Source: Raillietiella orientalis | Taxonomy: Eukaryota | Direction: 5' to 3' | Length of the DNA: 64,000 nt | Assembly: GCA_036172245.1 (NCBI GenBank) | Contig: JAYWIR010000019.1 | Location: forward strand, 2,046,001 to 2,110,000 | In this document: piece after piece, positions 24,463-38,280 of the stretch | How positions within the stretch are numbered: the stretch's first letter is position 1 | Layout of the letters: each line of letters opens with the position of its first letter | Notes under the pieces: model-generated | What the model saw: the letters and a program-made list of their open reading frames with translations, nothing else | What the model was told of the DNA's origin: nothing | The model's database searches: none | Program-made: the position numbers and the translations under genes

Positions 24463-25329
24463 CGTGGAGGGGCAGCCCAGCTGTGCCCGCACTGCACCCA
24501 ATAGGAGAGCTGACAGGTGGGGTCACTCGGGTGTGGGCACTATCCACTATCTTTCTTTAGGGTTTTCTTGCCCACTCGGGGCACGCAATGGTTATCGCGG
24601 GCAACGGGAACTTCCGTTGCCTGGGCGAGGAAACTGGGTAAAGTTTTCAACTAGCAATAATCACACTTCCGCTCACATCCTCAATACAGCACTACCCAAT
24701 CGCAACACGTCTCCATGTTGGATCGTGGGCAGTGGTACCAAGTGCATACTGGCTGTGGCCAAGAAGCGGTTGTGATGGTGCTCTCTACGAGCGCTGTGGT
24801 GCCTTCCATCACTGAGAATGCGCGGTACGAGTCCTCGGAATGGTGGATTAAAATTTTTTGCCTGTGAAATCCGATTGTCCTTACTACTTGTCGTTTGAGG
24901 CACGGGTTCGCATGTGCTTTGCAGGACACGCGGACCTGCGTGCCCTCGCTTTTCGCTTCCGCCAAGTTTCGAACTGCCAGTGCCATCTTGTGGCGTTTCC
25001 ACGAACTCTCCCCCCCCCCCTTCAAAAGAAAAAAAGAAAAAAAAAAAGATTTTTTTTTCCCGGGTGCGTTTGCTGCAGATTGAAATTCGTCGATTCTGCT
25101 GACTTGCACCACGTACTCCACGTTGTGCCACACTTCAAAGAAAAATAAGCTGCCGCCTCGATTGCAGGTAGATACAAACCGTTCCAAGGAAACTGCTTTT
25201 CCTGCTCTTTCTAACAGTTTCCCGCTTCGGAAAATTTTTGAAAGCGCAATTGGAACTGCATACGAGAGGTGTATTAATTCTGTTTACCTGAATTTTTTTC
25301 CCCTGAATGTGCTAGACTGACCTTGTCTT

Positions 25330-28250
25330 TCGGTTCATTTCTTTGTTTTTTGTCTGGATTCGTCTTCCCAACAGCTAACATCCTCCTCCTTTCAACTCAC
25401 AGTAAATTCACCTTCCTCTCCAGCTATTTATTTCTTATTCATCCTTCAATGAATCCGATCGAAAACCTCCCTCTTCCTTCCCTTTTTGAGGAACATGGCA
25501 GTTCTGGGATCGCAGTTACAGGAAATCCTTTCTTTATTTTCCTTGCCAGTATGTGGAAATTGATACTTTGTCCCTTTGAAGAGGCACAACTCCATACGTA
25601 CAGCACCCTTTGAAGTCTTTAGGTAAATCCTCACATGTAAAGCGCGCTGTCCTTTGCATCCTTTAATCTTTTCGGATGTCAAGGTTGCGAGCTTAACTCC
25701 GATGCTCTCGCCAAAAGCAAGAAGAATAAGTCTGAGCAGCCTGAAAGGTTTTGAGGAAGCTGAAGGCCGTCTGAGACGTCGGCAATCGCAATGCGTGATT
25801 TGAGTTCAGGGAACAAACAAGAGATAACCAGACAATCCGGATCGCAGTTGAGACTTCCAGACTTCGTCTAGACAAGCGGGCATGGAGATAATCGGTTGTT
25901 TCCCACCTGAGCATCTGTTTCACCCATTTTGGAATCGCACAAAACCCATGTCTTGTAAGATTCGTTTACTCGCTCACAGCACGCTTGCTTGCTCGTGTAC
26001 GAAAGTGAAAATCCCACCGGTGAGACGGCATTCTTCAAGGATGCTGACGGATGGAATGCAGAACACCGAAGACAGCACCTGTTTCCTGTCTCCCTGGTGA
26101 TGCTTCTCGCATGTAGCAAACTACTGATGATGCTCTACTAACTTCCAGCCCAGTGACAATAAGTCGATTCATCGGTTTCGGGTACACTGGTTCCCTGGCA
26201 ACGGCTGAATCAGGAGCCTGCCTCGGAGATCGCTACAGATGGGATCCGACCGCTGGTATTGACTCCGGAGCTCCGGGAAATCGATCCAGGGGCGTGCATT
26301 TGCAACCATCTATTTAGCGTTTTCACTACAATTTTCTTTCTTACTGGGGTAGTGGATAACGCTGATTTCGTTCTCCGTTTCTCTTGAAAACCACACTACT
26401 GCACGCAAGTGGCACTAAGAATGCTGAGGTGGATCAAAGCTTCTTGGAGAACCCCCTTCAAAAATTCCGATCCGGAATCAGCCACGTGTAAATTGATGCT
26501 GAAAGAAATCACTTCTTCAAAACGGATACTGAAAGAGATGACTAAGAGAGATGACTTCTTCAAAATAGATACCAAAAGAAATGGCTACTACTGTGAGGGA
26601 AACGATGATACGCTTGAAGGATATCTGATGATGGAATGCTTGTGGTCTCAAATGATACAGATGGCATAGATGAGTGCCTGTCTGTAGTCAAGAGGAGCGA
26701 ATTTGTAGTGCTTGGGGATCATGAATGAGGCGCGTTTGTTATTTTTGAAATCTCAGCATCAACGGATGACCAGATTGAATAGCGATAGAGTGAGAATAAT
26801 TTCCATCAATTTATAGACTTTGTTTGATCTTGTCGCTCTTTGAAAGACCCAGGGGTTTCAGAGCGGCTTTCGATAAGTTGGCACGTCCCCATTCCTAATT
26901 TTCCACGCACTTTGCTCGAAATGGAAGAAGACAAGGGCACTTTCATCTGTGTGAGGGACGAATGGAGAGGAGGTGAGAGGTTTCCCGTTTGCTCACATCA
27001 AGGCGAGTGTGGATGATCATCTGCAGCTGAAAGACCACGTTGATATATGGCTATGGCAGAGCAGCTGATTTTTGCTCTTCGTACAACGGCATCAAGATGT
27101 TTCTGTTTGGGATCACTCCGATGGAAAAGCCCCTAGGAGTACAGCATCCTGAGAAACCACAGCCACGTCTCATTCGTACCCTCAGGTGTTGAACCACTAA
27201 AAGCAAGTGCTTAGTGCATGGCAGTGGCGCTGCTTTGCTGATGCAGTCGGGGAGAAAACCTGAATTTCCTTAACGTTGCTGATTTGGCTAGATACTCATC
27301 TGGCCAACCCTTCCCATTATTCCATCATTTGCAACTACCCGTCGCGTACTGCCCCGCCATTATGTTTTTCCTCTTATTAGATTCGGGTGGAAGCCTACTG
27401 TGCTCATCAGAATGGCTTTGAGAAATCGAAGGAATCGAAGAGGGAATGAAACCGCCCAAGGGGATTCCAGATTGAGGTAACGCAGCAGTAGATACATCGT
27501 TGAATGTAGGAACCGGAAATCAACGCGACTCATCTGAGCTTGGCTTTCCTGGAATGCTCACTCGGTTCAATGGAGCTTCTCCCTTGAGCGAGTGGGTATG
27601 CACGACTAACGTTGCTCCAGATTCCATCGTCGGCTCATCCATCGTGCAGTGTGTTCTTGTTTATTGAATTCCCTCCCATCTGATTCTGGATATTAGCATT
27701 GCTATGGCGACCAGGAATTCACGCCATTCCCATTCTGAATCGATTCGATCTCAATGTTTCCTCAGTGTTCGTTTTTGCAGTTGCTTACTTTCTGCAACTT
27801 TAGAAACCCACAGACGTGCAGTTCGTGATGCGATTATGGAGTTTACTGGTTTTCGATTAATAACTGTAAAATTGGTTGTGGATGAGAGGGATGCAAAGAA
27901 CTGAAACCTCATTTACATTCGTTCTTTCTATCTACATTTGGGGAACTGTTCCTTTGTTCCGCTGCTGTATAAAAGTCGGCTTACAATTTGCGGGCAAAGG
28001 CTCTCAAATCTTCTTGCTACTTCAAACGAAGACGGACGTAGGAATTCTTGTTGCCTAGGTGACCGTAGCTCGTCTAGACAAGCAGAACAAAGTGTATAGC
28101 GACGAAGATAGCAGCAGCGTTCCTGGGAGTGGAGTCCTACAAGTATTCGGGAATTCGATTCTATCCGGTGGTGTGACAAAGGTCAGAGTGACTATAAACG
28201 TGCATTCTGCTCTCATCTCTGTACGTTTTGGAATGGAAATCTATTAAGTG
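25330..28250 (-). pseudogene. Possible NACHT/NLR-like pseudogene debris
   Basis: AFSFLKTFQAAQTY (~25730-25770) resembles the HD2 motif YSF.H.TFQEF.AA; RSPR..FEVARRF and VLCIPLI (~27880-28060) resemble TSRP/EV.GF/PL motifs. Many stops; no Walker A found. Confidence 0.3.
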
Positions 28251-28799
28251 TACAATGAGGATTCTTTCTGAAGAATAAGAAAAAAGATAGTTGTACTTTC
28301 CGCATTCAACTCGAAGCCACAGTCTTAAGTTGCTCCTTTCTCGGCAAATAAAAGATTTGCGTCTCGAATGAGTCCAAACCGATCACCGCCTGAAACTGTG
28401 GCTGCAGCAGTGATTCCCGCACCATTCCTTAATTCCATTCTCCTTCCTCTGGACAGTTTTATGAGGTTTCCGAATAATTCCTAATTTCATTTGTGGATTC
28501 GCTTTGCAAACCTTTATTTCACCCTACCCATGATATGATCTGAATCAAATATTGGTTCAGGAACGATCAGATTCCTAAAGAAAAATATCTGGAAGCTTTG
28601 CGCCATGGGAACACTTTTTTTTTTTCTTGGCTGTAGTTGCGCCCTTGAAGCCGAGATGGCACTGCATCCGATCTCCATTTTCATGCAGTTTCGGTGAGCA
28701 TCTGTTTTTCGCAGGGTTACCAGAAACTACAAAGCAAGTTCACAAGGCTTTTCACGGCGTCCATCTCTTGAATGACAATCACTGCTGGCTTTTCAGGCA

Positions 28800-31095
28800 G
28801 AGATTTGCAATGAGCATGCGAGTTGTCGACAGAAACAGCAAGATATAATCAGACAGTGGTTGATACAGTCATTTGCATTTGCTAACGTTCTGGTTTATAA
28901 TGGGAGGATGTAATGTTCCTTCCTGCTTCGATCTTAGACTCAATGAGATCCGGTCATCTCTCGACTCCCCGGTCTAAGTTCTTGTATCATTTTTTAAGCA
29001 ATCTTCTCCAGTTGCCAGGAGCTTTCCACGCAAATTTGACACGAACTTCTTCTTCGGTCGTTGTCTTGTAAAGAGAAATGGCTGCTTTGATTTCCTTTGG
29101 ATTCGCTTCGGCTAAAAAATTCACGATTTCCAAGGATACGCTACCTATCTGCTCATATCGCAAATGCCAGTGCGCTTTCTCTTTTAAATGGTTTAAAATT
29201 GGGTTCGTACCTTGAAGTTTCTTCAGTACGGAATCAGTGTGTGCTAAAAATGTATTTTCTTCGTGTCCATCCATCGTTCCAATCCTTTCCTATACAGACT
29301 GCGGTATGGGCGTTCCATCCGAATCCAGTTTTCCCATTCACAGGACTCCTTCAATCAATACTTTCCTGGTTCTCAGGACTTCGCGGCTCGTTTTGGTACA
29401 GAATGTACGATTTTCTTCGAGTCGACTCCAATTCAAAGCACGGCCTTCGGACGTGACGAAGCAGCGTTTGAGACGAAGATCTCTGTGTGGATTTCGAAGT
29501 TTCTCCTGGGAGGCTGCGTTCGCATCTTCAGCAAAAAAAAAAAAATCCACGCTTTCTAGAGTTACAAAGTTATAACCGGAAATACCTTCCCTGGACATCT
29601 GCATTCTTCGGAAACTGAGAAGTCTTTCTTATTGTTCTCTTACACAGAAGCTTTTCAGTAAGCTGCAGAGTCTACTCGGGAGTGCGAAGAGGTCTGTAAG
29701 AGTTTACTTCTTCCAGCGACTCTGACCTTATTCAAGGATTGGCTTAGCTCCTAGGCACTTTTCAAATGCACAGACACGGCCTTTTTCTTTTTTTTTTTCT
29801 GATGGAAAAAAGGCATTCCTATCCGGAACAACATGTGCACGTCAAGCAGTTGGATGTTACAATGCTCTCCTTTCATAATCAGCCCACTGTTTTCCCTGGT
29901 TAAACAGAAGCTGCTTGAGGCAGGTATCTTCCATCTTGGAAGCTCACCTACTAACATTTTAATTATCTATTCTTTTTTTTTTTTTTTTCCTTCCATTTTC
30001 GGAGACGTTGAACTTTTGGGCTTTCCGGAGGAAACGAATCGGTTTTCCTCTCTCTCTCTCTCTCTTCTCGTTCACATGGCAATCGAGCTTTGCAAGGAAA
30101 CTCACTTTTCAACCGCGAAAGGGTTAGAAATGCTTAAAGCTACTCGAACTCTTCCACAGAAAAAAAAATGCAACCCACATGTATTTTTCCTAATCAGAGA
30201 CACCCGACGATTGAATGGCTTTCTAATCATTACATGAATAGTGCTCATTTGGAAGCAAGAAAAGAAAAGAAAAAAAAATCCTTAATGATGAAATGATAAT
30301 CTTGCTAATCACGAGCTCCTTCGATGCCGTGATGGCATCAGAATAAAGCGATCTAAGATCTCAGTTTTGTGAACGCAGCCACCAATCGGCCAGAGTGATC
30401 CACTCACGAAAGCAATAACTAAAAGACCTCCTATAAACAAGGGGGAGAGAGAGAGGGAGAGAAAGCATGATCTGAAATAAATGTTATCTGGGAATAACTC
30501 AGAGAAGCGCAAATGGCGCCAAAGAGATTCTGCAGCGTCTTCCCCGCAGTTGCTTTTTTTTTTTTTTTTTTTTTTTCCATTGCAGCCTGCAACACTTTGT
30601 CCCTCGAAAAATTCCTTCAGAGTTTTCCGCTCGTTTCCTTAATCTGCTCGAGTAGAAATCACCCACGCCGTTTCCTCTAAAGCACACACACCCACACCGA
30701 TCCAGCAATCTTGGATCGTTCCGTTCTGCTCTGTTCCAGGATTCCCAGCCACCCAGCAGAGCAGATGGATTTTCAGCGGCGAGAAAAACCAGAGTGAAAT
30801 AGCTCGTAACTCTCTGCTGCTCTTCGGACAAGCGGAACCCCTTACTGATTTCCATCGTGAGGTAATTCCGCCTCTCTATACACTGAAATGAGCTCCACAG
30901 TGTTCGGTCATCCGACCATTTGCAGTCTGGGGCTGCTGCTTTGAGAGCTTGGAAAAGTTCCAAGATATACCCACCAAACAGCTTTTCTCCAAAGAAGTCT
31001 TTAGCAAAGGGAGCAAGTCGACTTAAAAACCTTTCCAAAAATATTCTGGAAAACGTGGAAACCAAGCAACTGTTGCATGGCGCTCCTTGCAACAC
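28800..31095 (-). pseudogene. Second possible NLR-like pseudogene fragment
   Basis: Protein-like frame 28987-29470 with in-frame stops; MEISKGF and FSPLKIHLLC at ~30750-30860 resemble NACHT C-terminal motifs. Confidence 0.25.
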
Positions 31096-32199
31096 CAGGC
31101 ATTTACTTGCACTGCGATCAACCTTGAGGCCACCTACCGAGCAGCTGCACTTCAGTTCGCCCCTTTACTTCACTTTTCCTCTCTTAGATGGCGCTCGCTG
31201 TACGGATCTTCAACGTGAGCTGGGGGGGGGGGGAATTTTGCGTAGGAGTGTGTACAGTTTTCTAATGACAGCTTTTTGACAGCCTTTGGGCATAAATAAA
31301 CCATAAAACATATTTTAAAGTTGAGAAATAGAGGATAAATAACAACACAGGAATTTAGAAACGCTGAAAGCATAAAAACGTAATTCGCTTACTGTCATAC
31401 GTACCTTGTATTGGATACAAATGTTTACAATCACTAAAGTACATAAATCTTTAGGCATGTATGATTTTTATGCGCATACTCATATATATATATATATATA
31501 TAGGTACATACGTAGATGTGTATGCGTCTGTTTAAATATACACACAATGCTTGCACACTAAGGTTGCATACATGCGTGCATTTTGCACTGAGCGTACATA
31601 ATCTCAACTATGTAATTATATATACATTCAGTACGGCGTGACACGCATTCGTAAATCATCTGTGCACAGTGTGCATCAGAAGATTCCTGCGCTCCAAATG
31701 TGCTTGTACATCGAAGAAAGATGGCTTGCAATCGCGGATACATTAAAGTACATAGGTGGATACATTGGGATGTTTCCAGTAGGTCTTATCCTTCCCCGCG
31801 GTCCTGAAAACACCTCCGAAGTGATTCTGCAGGCTGCAGCATCGCTGCTTTATTTGGGGAAGATTCTCCCATGGAAAAAGGTGTGGCTTGCCTCGACGGA
31901 GACGCACGTGTGCGTGATTCCCTCCCCCCCCCCTTACTTTAAGGTGTACTTCAGTTTACACCGAACACTTCCGGCAGATACTTAAATAAAATTCAAGATC
32001 ACTTGGCTCATAAGAAAGGGATTGAGCTCAAGTTCGTGGATAAGGGAGTGAAATCCTGGGAGAATGCACCTCGCTGCTTTCCTTTTTTCGAAAGTGCAAA
32101 GTTTCGTGTGTCTATTTATTTATTTTTTCGAGAAATGAAAATCAACAACGCCCACTGGAGAACTACATTGAATTTACTTTTACTGGCTCTATTTATAAA

Positions 32200-34500
32200 A
32201 ATTCATGGAGCCCCCACCGAAACACGAGCCCGTTCGGAATGCCTTGCTTTTATTGGTGCAGTGGAGGAAGACAGCATCTTGCCGTGAGAGAATCGATGCT
32301 AAAATAGATCTTCCACAGGCTATTTGGGTTTCCACCTAGTTTTGGTTCCTCTTGTGAATGACAAACCCATAAATAGCACGGTTTTAAATGGGGATTTTCT
32401 CGAATTAATTCCTCCTGGGAAGATTCATCAGGGACGGTCCGATGGCTCACCCGCGGGCTTTGCAGGGAGGGCCGCGGGGCGGGGGCGGAAGCCCCAGAAA
32501 GGCTTCATATTTCCGTAGTCCGGGAGTGGACTGCCACTTTGGGAAAAAGCATCAGGGTGACCCCTTCCGTTCCTTGTGGCGGAGGCACGAGCGGGAAACG
32601 AATCCAGGATCGCTAGCGCTCGCGTTCCGGGATTCCCGGTCCCGATTTCTGAACCGTCCGCACGCTTTGCAACCAGAAGAGGCGGATGAACGAACACCGC
32701 GGAATGATGAGAGTGAAAACGAGTGTACAAACGGTGTCAAAGGCGTCATTAAGGACGCGCAAACGACGCAAGCGGGATTGGAGGGAAGCTGCGGGGGAAC
32801 CGGAAATCAAAGCAGATTCCGCCAGATGTTTCTGATTTTCCGCAGCGAATTTGGCTTTTTTTTTTTTTCTTTTTTTTGTTTTTTGTTTTTTTTTTTTTTA
32901 CAGTGAGTGGCACGGGGAAAGACATCAGCTGACCAAGACTTCAAACACCCATCGTCCTGGAGACCGAACCGATTTCGGGAAGAACACGGGAGAGTTGCAG
33001 TTCAGCACACGCGGCTGCTGCTAGGAAGGTGGGGTTTCTTTGACCGGCATTCTCCCCTCAGGGATTCAGGGACACCTGAACGTTCGATTTCTGCAGCTCT
33101 GCGATCCGAGAACGCGTAGGGAGTGTTTAGCTGGACGCCAAGGCTTCGATTTTCATCTCCTGCTGGCGTCCCTGCGGACCACGTCGCTATGGAAAAATTT
33201 GTAGATCGCATAACTGACAGGCAGTCGGAGAGCCGGGAAAGTGCACCATAGCAACGTGATACGTCTGGTTCTTTTAGCAAAACAACGGATGCGTTCCAAG
33301 TGGTGCAGGAAACGGTCCGAACCAAGGAAACGTGAACAGTTTAAGAATAGGAGGGAGAGTACTTTACGAGAGTAATACCTACTAGCAGCGCATCATTCCA
33401 TCACTATCGTGACGACGAGGAATATTTGTTGCTCGCAAACTTCGCCCTTTTTTTTTCTTCGCAGGTTTCCATGGGAACCTGTTTCGGGAAAGGTCCACCT
33501 ATATGCTGATGCGGACAGGTTTTCGCATCTGCCCTTAACAATTCCAAGATGGAAATGCTACTTGGTTCTAACGATCGCCAAGTTAGCCAAAGGTGTGATA
33601 TGTGAGCGCGTGACGTCACGACTCATTAAACGCTTTCACTTATCCCTTGAGTGCTCGGTGGCATCATTTTATTTTGCATTTCAGGAGTCCTTTTTTTTGC
33701 CCAGACGATTTCAGAGAATGGGTGTAGTAGATTTCGCCTCCTCGAGATTTCGCGAAAACCACCAGCTAGCGTGAATTCGACGGTTGGGGGGGAGGGTTCG
33801 TTCGACTCGGGTCTTTCCATGGGGGCTTTTCGGTCTCAGAACTGTCTGCGTCGTTCCGGCGATGGGAAAAGAGAATCGCCGGTGCTCTCTTTTGCGTGTG
33901 TGCGTTTCCCTTCGAAAAGTCTGGAAGCCACTCCTGCCGTCTCCTCGTCGCTAGCAGCAGACGAGAATTGGTCTCTGATGCCTTCAGCATGGGAATGCAG
34001 ACAGCCAGATCGCACCTGTGTGATGACGTGTTGCACAGGAGAAGGAGCTGGATGCCGTGTGCCACGGGCAGAGTGGAAGGATCCCATCTTCGGACCACCT
34101 GGTTCACATCCTCTCAAGACCTTTTTCCGCGTCGCGGTTTCGCATGGTTCGCATTTTGCCCCGATGGGGCGCATGCCGATGTGTTCCCATGAGAGAGAAA
34201 AAAAAAAAGGGGGGGGGGGAGTTTCGGTTCGCGCGGTGCGACCCTCCCCGCTGCCTCGAGCACTTTCGAGGTGTTTTCTGCAGCCGGGACTTCAAAGGCA
34301 AGCGGCGTGTCCCTGACGGCTGAAGGAACTGTACCAAGCGGTGGACGTCCACCTGCAGCGTGCCCTGCGGACGAGCCGAAGAAGCGTCGCTGGCTTCTGC
34401 GCACCACCGTCGGTCCTTCCAGGTTCCCCCAAGAGCGCTTCTCCCCGAAGCACCTCTCTTTGCCAGAGGCAGCTCCGCGAGCCTCCAAATGAGGAAGGCG
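32200..34500 (+). mobile_element. Decayed APE-type LINE ORF2 remnant
   Basis: Motifs in the expected order: VLNGDF (APE GDFN-like, ~32385), SSWRP (RT2, ~32955), LDAKA (RT3, ~33131) and HLYAD (RT5, ~33497). Confidence 0.5.
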
Positions 34501-35591
34501 ACGTGACGTGAGCGTCGTATTCGGTAGTGTTTCCACTGCCCAACTTTTCCTTCCCGTGGCGCTTTCCTCGACATGTTGTCGTGGTGGGTCCACCACGGCG
34601 TAATGTCAGATTGATTTTTATTTATTTATTTATTTCACGAGGAACCGCACCAGCAGGTGAAGTGCGATTCTTGCGAGCTCGAAAATAAAAATCCACTCAT
34701 GCAAATGAGAGTCGGCACTTTTGTACGCGCGCATCCTTAACCCGAATGTTTGTGTGTCATGACGTTGCGGGGACGTCACTGTGTGTATGTGTGTGTGTGC
34801 AATTTGCATCTCATGCGTGTAACGATCGCGTGCTGCGAATCTCTTGTGGATGGCTTCATCTGCAACTGTACGAGAGGAGAATCTGCCTCGTTCCGATCCG
34901 ATAAGTCTGCCGTTCAACCAGAAGAGACGAAGAGAAACTCCCGTTTTCACCTTTGCCCGATCCATTTCATTAAAACAACTTTCATCCGGACGCACCATCA
35001 GCAGCCTTCCAGACTGCTCTCTTTCTCTCTCTCTGTCTCTCTTTTTTTTTCTTCCTCAGCTGTCAGTCTCGGAGGCGTGATTTTCATCCCGAAATAGCGC
35101 TTACATTTCATGTACTCTGCTCCGAGCACCAAGTGCCACTGCTCGGAAGACGCGCATCCCGAGTCCCAGAAGGACGAGCATTCGGTAGTCATCTGAAAGC
35201 GTTCGGTAACCTTCCGGTGCGTGGCATCCCGCTGGAGCCACGGACAGGCGCTACGAGGGGGATAATAAATCGTGTAAGGTCAGAGGTCAGGAACTGCTAC
35301 GGCTGCAAGTCGCAAGCAGGAGGACCGGGCAGGGTGGCCAGAATCAGGCCTTGCGGCGGGAAGAAACACGAGCTGTTCGGAAGAGGATGGACGAGAAAAT
35401 GACAGTTTCGAAAGTGTAGCAAAAGGTTCACACTTCGGCTTACGTCGGAAAAAGTGTCCGGGAGCTCGTCGGCCTTCCCGAGGGACAACAGCTTCCGCTC
35501 CCTTTTGGTAAACGCGGTTCCTCCCGTGTGTTCTGGAAGTTCGCCCTGATCTTGCAGTAAAACATTCATCCCTGAACGAGAGACTCCTTGA

Positions 35592-36400
35592 TGATTATCG
35601 CCCGTTGTGTCGGGGAATTTATTACATAAAGCATTAAAAATGCATTGGTACAAATACACGTGCAATGAACCTGCCGAGGACTGGTTCGCAGACCGGCGAG
35701 GTCCTCTTCAACAGCGTGGGGAAAGGGGAAAAAAATAAATAAATAAGCAAACAAAGCACACAAAAACGGGGGAGGGGAAATTTTACACGGGGAGGAGGAG
35801 GGGGGAGGAACTGAAGAAAGGATCACAGCATGCTGCCAGGTGTCCTCTGCACCCTGTTTAGGATGCTGGCAAGTTCTGTCTTTATTGCTGCACCACCCCA
35901 GGAGGGACCATCTTGAGGCGGTCTTCAGGAAGATCCGAGCCCAGTGAATGGCGTCCCTGCCGTTGTGGCCTCTTCTTGGTGCCGCTCCAGCCCGCGAAGG
36001 CAGCGGACAACTGCGAGGGACGCGGCTGAAGGCAGTGCGGCGCGAAGAGCTTTGAAAATGTCCCGGGGTCGCCCGACGGGACTCATAGGGTCACCGCGAG
36101 GCGATCCCAAATGGGACGGAGGGCAGTACAGTCTAGCAAGAGGTGCGTGAAGGTCTCCTTCTCGCCGCACCTGCCCCACTCCGTACCCACACTCCCTGTG
36201 TCCAGTGGTGAAGGCGCTCTTTGCACGGGATTCCCCCGTACAAGACCAGCAGCGCCAAATTCCACCACTTGAGGGAGAGGGTGCTGCGGGGGGCCACCTC
36301 ACCTGCTCCAGAAGGATGCCAGGCAGCTCTTCTCAGCGCACAAGTCCGTAGGGTGGGACATCCGGGTCGCAGCGTCCGTCACTTCCCGAGTTGTCCACGC
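35592..36400 (-). mobile_element. Diverged L1/Tx1-like 3' fragment
   Basis: Minus-strand KWWNLALLVLYGGIPCKERLHHWTQG and GEKETFTHLLLDCTALRPIW (zf-RVT), then a T-rich 3' UTR like the other copies. Confidence 0.75.
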
Positions 36401-36499
36401 CCCCAATGGTTTCTTTTTTGCTCCCATCTTGCCAGGATTACGCTGTCCCTTGCGCCCCTTGGGGAGGAAAGCACTGGAACAAGGGGGGGAGGAGGGTGA

Positions 36500-37300
36500 G
36501 CGACTCCTAGATGACGGAAATCCTTTAAGATTCTTCTGTTTCCGCTGCTTTCCTTCCAGCTTTTTTTCTTCTTCTTCGGTCTTTCTTTTCTTTTTTTTTG
36601 GTTCTTCAAGTGCTCAAGAACCTTTCGTCTAGGCGCCCACAAAGCTCTTTGACACCGTCCGCGCTGCCCGAGGGTGCATGTAGATCTTCAAGCTAGGAGG
36701 TGCCTCGGGGAGACGACCACCCTATGAATCCAGGAAGGGCTCCGGAGGAAGGAGTCCGTTCCTCTTGCGATTGGTAGGGGGATCCTGAAGGGAACTCTCG
36801 CCCTGGTTGTCTCCGGAGAGAACCCCGAAGGGATACTCTTCTTCCTTATCCTCTCCAGAGGGACCCTCAGAAAGGATTCGCTCCTCGTTTCCTCCTCTGA
36901 AGAAAATCCCGAAGGGACGCTTCCCGATTTCCCTGTAGGGTGCTCCTAGAAGGGAGCAGCGTGCTTCTTGACACTCTCGAGACATCGATCCACCAGCACC
37001 GTGGTACGCGATGGATGGTCTCCCCGAAGGAAGGGAAGGGACGACTCCATTTGCACAGCCAGATGGGAACCCAGAATCTCTCCTTGATTCCTGGAAGGAC
37101 CCTGGAAGGTCAACCTCCAAATCCCGGCCAGTCAAAGGGGTCATCCGTCCTTCACCAGTGCCGCACCCGAACACCCCAGCCAGCGTCGTCCTGTGGGGAG
37201 AGTAAACGATGCATCTCCCGTTTCTAGATGTTGATCCTTCCCCGGATGGGATTGGAACTCGCCACGCTTGGTGCCGCACGGCGAAGACCACAGCTATGCG
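36500..37300 (-). mobile_element. SINE copy E, near full length (empty LINE target)
   Basis: Head GGGATTGGAACTCG at ~37248, target TTCACCAGTGCCGCAC 37151-37166, CCCGAAGGG array and T-rich reverse tail. Confidence 0.75.
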
Positions 37301-38280
37301 GCCTCTAATGCGGGCATGTGCCCCGTGGGGCTATACCACTGACCCAAACCTCCCTTGATGAAACTTCTCCAGCCTTCCGTCTCCGTATCTGGAGTGGTGC
37401 TAAAAAAGTCGAGGGAACGCGGATGAGTCCCGAAACCGTCTGGTGTCCATGCAGCTTCATCTCGTGAGGAAATGCTCCTCCGAGGGCGTAAGATCGGGAG
37501 AGCGCGTTAATGGCCGGGCTCACACCTTTCGGGGTGCAGAGGTCGTGTCACTAGGAGCGGGACGACGCGTCCCAGTGACCCTTCTTTCGAACTGCGCATG
37601 CCATTCTTCCTTTTTTTGACATCCAGAACACACTGAACCATGCAACCACCACCATCACCTGTTCTCTTCAGGCCTGCCAGCAGAGACCCGCAGCGTCCTC
37701 CCTTCATGTGCGTGCCAAACAAAACACGCAGCTCCTTCCAGACCAGCGGTACGGGAACCGAACCTGAGGGCGATGGAGGTACCCATGGAAACGCTGGCGA
37801 ACACTGTAGCTTCCTTCTTCGCAGCTGCCGGGGGAGCATTCGAAAACCTGCATCCAGGCTCTCTGAACCACGGTGTATCCTAAAGTACAGGAACTCGCCG
37901 GGTCTTCATCCTGGTCCTCTTCTTCGGCATCTTCCTTTAAGGGTCTTCCCCATTTCGCTCCGTGTCAAGATAGCACGACTGGAGCGGAGTTTCCGGACTC
38001 CAGGCTTTGTGGCAAAACTCCTTGCTGTCCCTCGTCAGCTCTTGGCCGGTCTTCCTCATTCCCAATCTGAAATCCACTGGGATCTGGGTTCATGTGTTTC
38101 CTAGAATCAGTGCTCACCTCTTGAGAGCTTCGAACATCAAGGACTGATCGCCTCTGGGAAGAGATTTCGATCGTGGTCCATTTCTTTAAAGCTGCTGCTC
38201 ACATGACCACTCAGCATCGAAATGACGCACAAAAATGAATGTTTAAAGAAGGACACTCGCGGATGACCACCTTCTTTTCC

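Noticed and set aside
27395..27415. Hammerhead core CTGATGA (also at 10837, 17543 and 56984)
   Set aside because: No appropriately placed stem II plus GAAA partner.
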